DNA of 61,813 nucleotides, the filler included, from Porpidia crustulata (lineage: Eukaryota), in NCBI GenBank assembly GCA_964255105.1. It is 6 parts of 6 records of this genome, joined end to end, with 100 filler letters (N's around TTAATTAATTAA, not from the genome) between each part and the next. Parts side by side here need not be neighbours in the genome. Positions count along the whole stretch, not along the records: positions 51,617 to 61,813 come from CAXUWE010000816.1; 5 more parts are not named here. One strand, written 5' to 3'. Positions 51,617-61,813 of the stretch are shown here, piece after piece. Both the position numbers and the translations under genes were made by a program. Each line of letters begins with the position of its first letter. The first letter of the stretch is position 1. The notes under the pieces are model-generated. The model was not told where the DNA came from, searched no databases, and worked only from the letters and a program-made list of their open reading frames with translations.

Positions 51617-53651
51617 TCGGTGGGGTTGGAGCTGGGGTTTGGTGTGTCTGGCGCTTGGAGCGGAGGTGCTGGCGGGGAACCTGGCGAGGGTGCAGGGGGT
51701 GTTGAGGAGGGTGGTGAAGAAGTCGGCGACGTGCTTGGATGCGTAGGTTTGGGCGATGATGGTGTCGCCGCAGACTCGAGTCGAGACGTTTTTCTCTGGT
51801 CGTTCGTACATGGTGGGGTCTGCTGATAGAGGAACGCTGATTTCAGGAGGGGTTGATGGAGGGACAGGTCCATGGAATCGTATACGCAAAAGTCCGTGGT
51901 CAAGATCAATGATAGGGCGTAACAATGCCATCTTTGAGTATCGCTTTTGACTGAGTGCTGCACGGGTGCCTTGATGGACAAGACACCATTCTCGGTCCAA
52001 AACCAAACCTTCGGCGTTGATATCCCAGGACACCCCCTCTGGGATCGTCCATCCGCCACAGCTTTTGATGGGATAAATGGAAAGTGTTTCAATGTAAAAA
52101 TTGCTTTGCAACGAGGTTGATTCTGGTGCCATTTTCGTGTCTTGTTTTTCAACAAAAAACTCTTCGATGAAGTTGGAGAATGTCAAGCCGTCCTGCATAT
52201 TGCTCATGGCACCAAAGCTGACCCTGATGGCACCGGTTGGTTTGCCTCCGATGATATTGTCATCATTCCCACAACGCTGGCCGGCAGAAAAATTCCGCTT
52301 CATTTCCCAAGGAGCCAGCCCTATCGAAGAAGCGATGCCTCCTGGGTTGCAGAGTCCCCCACTTCTGAATTGGATACTCTTGATGACTGCGAGTTTCTCG
52401 ACTTCAGAGTTACTGATCCATCCCCCTTGACTGTCTTGAAGGTTGAACGCTATGATAGGACCTTGAAGGGTGGCATCATCATAAGCTGATGTAGGCTCAG
52501 TATAGATTTTGCAAACCTTGCAGCCATTGCTATGACGCAAATCAGAGAGCCGGTCATAGAGTTGCTTTGCAAGAAAGGATGTATGAGATGAAATGAGTTC
52601 AATAGAGCCAAAAAGGCGACCATGTACGCTCAAAGCGCTATCAAGAACAATAATGCTATGAATTGGCAGGGTTCCATCCTCCAATTGCTCATGAATGCTA
52701 CCCTCCTTCGTGATATGCCATTGCTCTGTCATGCATGTAACCATCTCTACTGTACCTCCCCCAAAATACTGTCGACACTGTAATGGCTGGCTCGATTCTT
52801 TGCGTACGATCAGAGCTCCCAGATCCGGGAAGCCAAAGATCTTGTAGAAACTAAGCACGGTATAATCAGGCGCTTGGGAGACGTCACTGAGATTAAGTGG
52901 AGAAGTGGAGACCAGGGCGGCAGCATCGAGAAGAGTATATATTCGCTCACACTGATCAGTGGTCGAGTCTCGGATTTGACCTGGCCATGAGAGTGGTAGT
53001 CGACGACCGTTGAAATTGGATTGAGCAGGATATGCAAACAGACCGATGCCACGGTCAACCAATACTCTTTCTGATGGGGCATCTGGCGCAAGCCATTGCT
53101 CAACCTCCGCATCCGACTTGAAGCAATGGTGACCAGCGGATGCGGCTTCACGAACCCCAACCAAACTTGTATGTGAATCCTTGTGGTACCCGTACCAAAA
53201 GCCTTCCTTGTTTTCTCTAAAACAGTCCATGACCAGCTTGATCCCCGCGGTAGCGTTGGCCACGAAGACCAAGTCGAAATGCTCTGGATCGGCCTTGAAA
53301 AATCGTAGCACCCTGAGCCGTATGTCCTCGATTCGCCGAGAGGTCAGCTGGGAGGACGCGGAAGAAGAGTGCGGGTTGCCTAGGAGGTTTGCCATCATGT
53401 CTCTGGAGAATCCTTCCATAAAAGACTTGGAATATAGGGTGGTACCTGCGTGGTCCAAGTAGGTCGTATCTGACGTCTCGATCAGCTGGTAGTTCCTGAG
53501 GGACATATCTGGCGCAACAACCTTGGAGCATCGGAAATTCTCGTTCCCTAATGGGATCGATCTCTCTATTATAGCCAGCCATTCTATCGTAGTCTATATT
53601 GTCCGTGTCTGCTTGGGCTTCCAAGCCTAGAATATCCTTCACGGCGGCCAT
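51617..53651 (-). CDS. hxB: Molybdenum cofactor sulfurase (HxB/MOCOS); intron about 53470-53521, 3' truncated
   Basis: NifS-like PLP domain YLDHAGTT, GNPHS, SFYKIFGFPDLG and RSGGLCNPGG, followed by MOSC_N IYPIKSCGG...DREWCLV. Confidence 0.93.
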
Positions 53652-54484
53652 AGCAGCCGGTTCTTCTTTCGATTAAACGACTGCTCGTATGAATCATACA
53701 TCTGAGCAGACCACAGCGCAACTTTCTCACGACTACTTTTTCGAAGCTGGGATTGCCAAGTTGTGGATAAGAGTCGGAGGTCCCCGATGCTTGCTTGCAC
53801 TAGTGTAGACTTCGACGTTCATTAGACTTGACAAATATTCAGACTAAAATGCAAAAAAACATCTGCAACAGGGAATTTAAGAATCAGACTCGAAGGCTGA
53901 CCCGGCAATCCACCTTCGTGGAATTAATGTTTAGATGGGCGGACTTTGCGGAGGAGGGTGGGAACCTGTAGGACTTTGCTTTTTGCCGTTTGGAAACGTC
54001 ACTCGAAAGCTGCTTGGAGCCTTTGAAGCGAATGGGAAAGAATTCATTTACTGTTATATGCTTTGCATTTTTCATATACATTATATGGGCTCACCTGACA
54101 TATCGATGGAGGATCTTGTTCCCTAACGGAGGACAGATTCGTCTCCGACCAAAAACGCCAGCGCCACCGGGGGGAGAATCTCGACCGCACCGGGTTTTCC
54201 CAACTCCCATCTAATATGCCCGCATTCATGAAGGCGGTGATATCCTTTCCAAACCTCTCGGTCGTGCGCTCAAACGTTGAAAAGGGGGTATAAGCGACCA
54301 ACAAACATCAATGGCCGTTAGAGCGATGTGCAACCTGCACTTTCGAATCAAAGCCATCACCGAATTACCTTGCTATGCCAACGACCGTGCGATGCAGCAA
54401 CAAAAGAAAAGCAGACCAGGATGCGCAGTTTATTATGGGAAATATGATTTCTGCTCAAGGAGCCGATCGTCAAGACCGGCCCCG

Positions 54485-56541
54485 TTAAATCAGCAGGAAA
54501 TCCCAGCCCTTCTGCTGCATCACGTCCCGCCAGTGGACGTTCTGTCTTTTTCCGTTGGGGTTACCCTCGCCGGATTGGTACCAGACCTCCTGAAGCAGGC
54601 GGACCATCCGGCCGAAGCTACCGAACTCCGCGTGTTCGCCCAGGCACGAGATCCTGTCCGTGAATACCTTGCGGAATGGCGAAGACGATGTGCTTTGGGA
54701 ACCGGTGATCAGTAATGGCCACACAAGTGAGCGGTCGAAGCCATCCGGTCCGGAGGGAATGCATTCCAAAGTGCTTGCGAAGCGTGCGATCAACCCAAGC
54801 ATGGAAGGGTCGTATCGGGATGCACCTGGGACCAAGCTGCACAAGTATATGCGCGCAGCGAGTCGAAATATTGCGGTCATGTTTTGGGACAATTGCTTCG
54901 GTCGGATGGCGCCCGTTGAAGAGTAGGGATAGTCGAGGGTCCCGGGTGGTGGTTCGGTAAGGTCCAGATGCTCTCCGAGAAGCTTGATATGTTGGCAAAG
55001 TTGCATATCATCCACTCGGCCGGTGTTCTTGAGCGCTTCCAGACAGGCAATTTCCGAGATCAAGTACATCATCCGGTCCTCGCAACCCATCAGCTCACAC
55101 AAGCCCGAAGTCGACCCACTATCGTTCTTCTCGCGGTAGGTATCTGCGAATTGAGGCGAATTTCCTAGCATTGTCGCACCAAGGATATCAATCCACGACG
55201 CCAGTGTCATGTTGAACGGGGGATGCATGTTGGTGCTGTTGACATCCCCCATTGCATGCGGTAATTGTAGCCTTCTTACCAGATTCGCGCCCGCTTGGAA
55301 GTGCTGATGCCACGGGATATCCGGGAGGGAGTCGTCCGGACGGCCGACGGAGCATTGAAAGAAGATCATGCCCAGGGTCGCTTCTAATATCTGAAGATAG
55401 TCAGTGTCGCGGTTGAGCGCTTCGCAGAGCTCCGAGACGGTGGCATAACGATGTCGCATGATATCACTGTCAATCTGCTCGCTCTGTATCCCTTGGGTAG
55501 ACTTGAGATGAATTGCAGCGATGCTGAGACAGCAGTGGAGGTAGCATTTGTTCGACTCCAGCGCCGGCAGAATGACTTCTGATCTCGCCGAACCATGCTG
55601 ATTGATTTCCAGGATTGGAAAGATCAATCTCAAGACGTTGTCAATAAAATGGTCTAGAAGAGGCCTATCGCAGTCATCAACTTGGATGAGTGCTTGTCGT
55701 GAACCCTGTGGAGCTCCATGCGAGAAGTCAAAAAAGTTGAAATCTAGTCCTTCCTCGCGGCTAAACATTTCTCCCGTCCCGTATATGTCGTCGTGCACCC
55801 AGTCTTCCTCGGGAAAAGATGGTAGGCTCGGATGGGCGTGTGGTGGTTGGAAGGTGCTAAAGGTCGAAGTCGTCGAGTCCCGTCTTGTAGGAACATCGTT
55901 GACGTACATTTGCCGTTCGGTCTTGATGTCGACTTCATAAGGAGTTGGTAGGTACGGTTGGTAATGTGGGTTGGCGTCGTACGGTGACGGGGAGAGCAGA
56001 TGAGGTTGATATTGGTCAAAATGGTCATGTATCGAGGGTTGGTTGAAGTCGTATCCTGTCGAGTACTGGGAATCAATTGAGGGGGCGCGCGTCCGAGCGG
56101 TGACATCGGAATAGGTCGCCGAGGTGGGCAAAGAATGCGAGAGCCCCGGAGGAGTTTCCCCACCGATGGGTCCAACGTGAGTTGTTTTCTCAGACAGCTT
56201 CGTTCGCTTGATGATATTCTTGATGGTTTCCTTTTGTTGTTTCCGCTGCTCGTTGTTACTCCACCACATTGGCCTCTTGTACTCGCACTTGAGTCCGAGA
56301 TGTTTGCAAGCCTTGCAAGCACCCTTGCCCTCATCACACTTTTTCCTTCGCAGCCGACATGTGAAACAACCTATCATCCAAAGGTCAATGCTGTCCAGCA
56401 CCTTCGTCAAATTCATGACCACTCACCTGAACGAGATCTCCTATGCATTTTGGTGGCAGTCTTGGAGGGCAACGATGGTTTGGGGACAACGGCAGGTGCA
56501 GGCTTAGTAGCCTGCCCAACTAATTGACCCGTCACAGGCAT
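54485..56541 (-). CDS. pro1: Zn(II)2Cys6 developmental regulator of the Pro1/ADV-1/NosA family (exons 56541-56427, 56370-54485)
   Basis: MHRRSRSG|CFTCRLRRKKCDEGKGACKACKHLGLKCEYKRPMWW, PYEVDIKTERQMYVNDVPTRRDS, and the C-terminal VHWRDVMQQKGWDFLLI. Confidence 0.88.
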
Positions 56542-59500
56542 TGTTCCTGGCTCAGAAATGCGTTCCTGGTACTGGATCCTATATGTTGGAGATCAAGAAA
56601 GTAACAGTGAGCGACAAGCAGCCAGACTGAATTGCTGTTGGAGTGAGTGAGTGAGGACCAAAGCCTGACCAGCTGGCTTCGATGTATGATGAGGACGAGA
56701 TGGATGGTGAGCAATATGGAGACAGTCTGCCGTAACGAGCCTTGAAGCTTTTCGATCTGGGCATGATGAATTATTATAAGTATACATATCCATACTTGGG
56801 GGAGCATCCAGGGCCGGAAAGCCACAATTTCTAAAATTGACTTCTTTGGAGTTGAATTTCCACGAGACCACAACATCGGGCAAGGTGGACAGGGCACTAG
56901 CAAGGCGACTAGAGCGAGAATCAATCGATTGGCGTGGACTCGCCAAATCTTGTTCGACGGGGGGAGTGACAGACGGCTAAAACACTAAAGTACTAAATTA
57001 ACCTGGCAAGCGAAATCTAAATCATGCCAAATCACTGCATGATGAGGGGTAAAGGAGTAAAGAGTGGAGACATCAGCCAATGAGAAGGCGTCTATCTCAC
57101 TGATCGGGATAAATTAGCTCTATTTTTGTAAGACTGCGAAACCTGGACGCGCCATGAATGTACTCTATCGGCAAAGCAAGAAAAAGAGTCAAAAGAGTAA
57201 AGAGGGTAAAAGCGGGCTAAGTGTGACTGTGCCAGGCATGAGTGCGGACAAGGTTCCCCTGCTAGACATCCCTGATATAGCTGCTCCTCAATCATTGAGC
57301 TGCATACGTAGTCGTCTTTCACCTACCTTATTTCGTATCGTCCGTGCAGCGGGTGGACGTTGGAAGAACTTCGTGCATATCGGAGTCAGGACTCGAAAGT
57401 CCGACGTACATACTTTTACCTTACCACCTTGCAACCCGAACCACCACTTCAGCACATTGATGCCACGGTATCGCTTCCGTGGCTACCACGAAAACCACAC
57501 GTTTGTCGGTCCAGCTGCCAACATGTCGGATACTCTAGTGCAAGACAGATAGCTCATCGTTGGGGACCACCACAATTGGCTCTCGGACTGTTGTGCTCGG
57601 AGCATGTTGCGACTCCCAATTTCTCCCTGATCACGAGCAGCCATCCCCTCTTCTTCGCCTCGGGTCTCGAATACACAACTGGGTAGTGCAATCACTATCC
57701 CCTGACAAGATCATTTTGCTGCCAATATTCACAGGGTTTGTTGCAGGTGAGGGCAGGGAGAATTGACGCAGAGTTGAGAGGAAGTTGAGAACGAGTGGCT
57801 ATCAGTGATGGAGGCTGCATGCGCTAGTGATGGTGCTATAGCGTGATAAGGCCATTGGCGCTTCTGGTTCGTCCCGCTCCTGGAACGCCATTGTCAATAG
57901 TGCAGATACACTAATCTAGACTATCGATTGTGCGAGCCGTCGCTCTAAACCCCCGACCTCAGCCGAGGTCGAAGATATGGAAACCAAATTATTAGCCGTT
58001 CGTAGATTTCTTCCTCGAAACGTGCTATTAGCCTCATATGGAAGTCCCGACGCGGCACAAATTCTATGAATAAATGTGATTAATTGACCCTGGATGGCGG
58101 TAAATAGTACCTAATTATGTGCCCTCGCTAGTCCGGTCCCGTGCACGATCTCGACCTGTGGTCACGTTTTCTCAAAACGGACCTGAGGGATTCCCAAATT
58201 GCTGACCCACTAGAGATAGATAGACGATAACTCTTCCGTGTCATACTGATGATCTGCTTGCTTCTGTCACTGACGGAGCCCGCGCTCTGGAACCTGTCCA
58301 CAGAGGTCTGACACTACTCAGTGTTCGTCCTCGATGTCATGTGAAGCCTGTCGAGGAATCACGAGAACGTGACTGACATTGTACATGTGGATTGGAAGGA
58401 TTGCAGATAGAAGATTCCCAAATCCCGTGTAGAGAATTCTCGGGTGTGTGCCTGCATCTCATGGGTTGCGGCAGTCTTCCATATTGGCGATCCGATACGA
58501 TGATGAATGTAAGAAGCAGTGTCGAGAGACTTGACTTCAATTTCTCATCGATCCGTACGAGATATCACAATCAATGCCATATGCCTATACCTTGGGTCAA
58601 AGCGTGATGTTGATATTGAATAAGTCGATCAGACCTGATGTGGGTAATTGGATCTGGCTGAGAACTGACCGCCGAATCAAATGGCGGTCTATCTGATTCA
58701 ATGGCCGACTACGAGACTGACAGCTCGCTGGCTTGTGTCGTTCTGGACTACGACGTGACCAGATCACGCCGACACAGCTCGGTCAGGTCGGAGAGATCAT
58801 CATCCTACTCCATGGCCTTATTGGATATGATATACAACTTGAACCTCCCGTCTCAGCTTGGTTGGATGGAATCCATTGTGCCATCTCGACAGCCCGCATG
58901 AGATTTTGGTCATGTGAGGGCAGACTTCGGCATTGATTGGCCATCGGATATAATTCCATAGGCAATTGGACTCCCAAGTCTCAGTCCTACCATTCACTTC
59001 ATGAGGTTCTCACGAACTGAAGGAGTCTATAGAATCAACGATAAACGATAAGTCCGTGTGTAAGATGTGATGCGACGTGCACAAAACGCACATCCCATCG
59101 TCCGAAAAGACGAAGCGGTTGTGATTGGCAGGCAATAATGTTTTGCATGCGACAGAATCGTCCCCGCATAGAATGAGCAGGGGAGCTGTACGAGAATTGA
59201 TTGTGCTGTCCTACTTACGAGCCACCGATTAATGTGATCGAGACTTGAGAGACAGAATCTTCGACCACAACGGTCCTAGTTTGATTGCGATGCCATTGAG
59301 GCTCAGAGCTGATGTCGTTGCTGTGCATCACATAAAAAGCTGAGATGATGAAACCAGACAGAGAGGTGGCACTGGCGCCCGGTTGTAGTACAAAGCCAGC
59401 CTCTTGAAATTCATGGCGATTATCTAGATGAGAAATCAATTCAATAATCTCTCACCCAAAAAGACCTCTCTCACCATGGTTCCGCGAGGGTCCGTTGCGC

Positions 59501-60250
59501 CCCGAGCCTAGACGTCGAAATGGCAGATGCATCCTGCGCATATCATTCGCTCGAATAAACTCAAGTGCAAAATGTTAGGGCGTGAAATGGATTTGAGACT
59601 GGATTTCGAAAGAATTGTGTCGGCGGTTAGATACTCAAGGCGTGCATTTGTGGAGCGATAGTAGGGTTGTTGATTGGCGTGACGGGAACGACTATGAGCA
59701 GATAAATCAACCAGCATCGCGTTCCGCTGCATTTGCGCTGCACTTGCAAAGTAGTAGCTTCGCCTTCAGGCATCTTAGGGCAAGACCTTCCCTCAATGGA
59801 TCCATTCGAGTCTTTTGAACCTTAGCTGCAAAACGGTCCCCCAGGGCACGCCGGGTGTACAGCCAACCCGATGTCCTGCCGCCCAAATAGCCTGTCACTT
59901 GTACTGCAAGGTGACTGACTACGACGTACTACGACGATGCTCTCCGAAACATAGTCCGCTAGACTTTTGGCCATTCGCCAATTGCCATGCTCCAATTGGG
60001 AGTCTGCAACAGCCCGCTGCAGAAAGGGTCCGACATCGTGAGCTTCTACTTAAGCAAACCGAAGCGCCCAATACCCACAGGGCTCCCTTTTCCGCTTTTC
60101 CCATTGTTCCTACAATTATAGATTCCCAAAAGCTTCACCCGCGAGGGCTGTAAAATCTGTGGTTCCACAGTCTCGAGTTATTTTTGTAGTATCCAGCCTC
60201 TCGTTTCAAATCGCTATCGATAGCATTGCATTTCCTTTGCCTCTTTCACA

Positions 60251-61813
60251 ATGGTAAGCTGCATCCTGCAGTGTTCCTCATTATCTCGGTGCTTAACTTA
60301 TCCTAGGCCTTCATGCCAATGGCTGCTCGCCAGTATGAGCTCGAAATGTATCAAAAAGGATCGGTGCGGCCAATCTTTGTAGCCAAGATGGCGGGGTCAC
60401 GCCCTCTCTCTGAGGCAACCGAGATAGACGACACCGACTTTGAAGAAGATTTCAGTGACTCTGAAGGGTACTCGGGCCGTAGAAGTGAAGAATCAGTAAG
60501 CCGCTCGGTGTTTCTTCTCTTGTGCGATGTACTGAGTTGGGGTTAAGTTTGGCAAGCAAAGCGATACATCAATCTCTACATTTGATGAGTTACGTACACC
60601 CAATTCCAATGAATTCGCAGGCTTCAACTTCCAGTTGCCGGATAAGCCACCACCATCAAAACCAGTCGAGGGCCCGATTGGGCCTCATCTGTTCCGAATT
60701 TCTCAAGATGCAACGCAGGACGTCGACTTTTATCTTTCCATGTCTCCGGCTTCATCGCCTCAAGATTATAGGGCTGGCCCCACCGCAAGGACTGACATTC
60801 GTTACCGACAAGAAGCAGAGGAACCTCCTTTGAGTAGTATACCGCTCCAGGCATGGACCCCCCGACAAGTCGCAGACTGGATGATTGGCTTTGGTTTTGA
60901 AGGTTCGATTGTAGACAAGTTTCGTATGCATGACATCTCTGGAGCTATCCTGACAGACCTCCATTTCGAAGACCTTAAGGAGCTGGGTATCAAGTCTTTC
61001 GGGCAACGTCATCATTTGTGGAACGAGATCCGAAATTTAAGAGGCAGCGGCCTAAACAGCACTCCATCCACTCCAGCGGAAGATGTGTGCTCGTCGCCCA
61101 AGATCGCCCAGCAGATTACGATTCGTAACCTTCGTTCTAATGAGTGCTCAAATCCAGCAACTCCAGAGGATGATCATACCAGATCACCAGCCACGGGTCA
61201 ACGCCGAGCGCGCCGTGCCAGGAGAGCGGACGACATCATCTCACCAGGAGAATCTGCTTCGATAGTGGCAATAGAGCAGCTGTTGCCCAAACCACATCAT
61301 TGCTCCAAAGGGGAGAATTGCTCGAAATGGCAGAAGCAGCAGCGCAAATTAGCCAAGATAGCGAAAGAATTTCCGCTAGAGCTTGAGCAACTTGGCGATA
61401 CCGCTTCGTCTCCAACAGAGATCGCACCCAGGCCGACTTCCGAGGCCGTACCTTCGGTGGTAGCCTCGTCTGACGTCTTGGGACCTGCAAGCCTCCCAAC
61501 TCTTCGCCTCGATGAGGATGTCCTCCGCGTGGTTCAGACACGTGACCCTCAAGAGAATGTTCGGCAATTTCTCACTTTCCAGCACATGAGTGAGCCGATC
61601 GAAGAACCTACCACGCCGCCATATGAGATGTTTCCCCCACTATCGCCGCCCGCCACCACCCAACAACCCAATCGTAATCTTGGAATGCTCCCTAGGCTGA
61701 CCATCCCTGCCGCCGGACATCAAGACGCCCTCTCTCCCAATCGCACCGTCACCCGCCAACAAAGAACCCCAATCACAGCCATGGAAATCAAAGATCGAAG
61801 CGTTCCCTACGAC
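60251..61813 (+). CDS. SAM-domain protein, probably Boi1-like SAM/PH polarity protein; ATG-only first exon, 3' truncated
   Basis: Exons 60251-60253, 60307-60495 and 60548 to the window end. SAM domain WTPRQVADWM...FRMHDISGAILTDLHFEDLKELGIKSFGQRHHLWNEIRNL. The PH domain is not within the window. Confidence 0.75.

Overview
Filamentous ascomycete (Pezizomycotina) nuclear DNA with typical short GT-AG introns. The window is not one locus. It is six contigs of about 10.2 kb (1-10232, 10333-20561, 20662-30888, 30989-41202, 41303-51516, 51617-61813) in non-increasing length order, joined by artificial 100-nt spacers (N44-TTAATTAATTAA-N44), so adjacency across spacers is meaningless. Most genes are housekeeping or regulatory: Pfa3 DHHC palmitoyltransferase, rhomboid protease, DNA polymerase delta, SmgGDS-like ARM protein, Clb3-type cyclin, Zn2Cys6 factors including Pro1/NosA, Rpc53, Emp47-like lectin, Alg8, Itc1, Sgf73, PTH11-like protein, Het-C/TinC-like protein, importin-9/Kap114, Rev7, Moco sulfurase and a SAM-domain Boi1-like protein. 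The most interesting part is contig 2. It holds a divergent, apparently membrane-anchored IDO-fold heme enzyme with altered substrate motifs, plus a GST, a divergently transcribed Zn2Cys6 regulator and two frameshifted pseudogenes (SAM methyltransferase, NAD(P)-binding reductase), suggesting a decaying detoxification or secondary-metabolism island. Other oddities are a 17-bp perfect inverted repeat enclosing telomeric repeats, a 549-nt REV7 intron, and strong C-rich/G-rich skew near many contig ends. All family assignments come from motif recognition by eye, not database searches.
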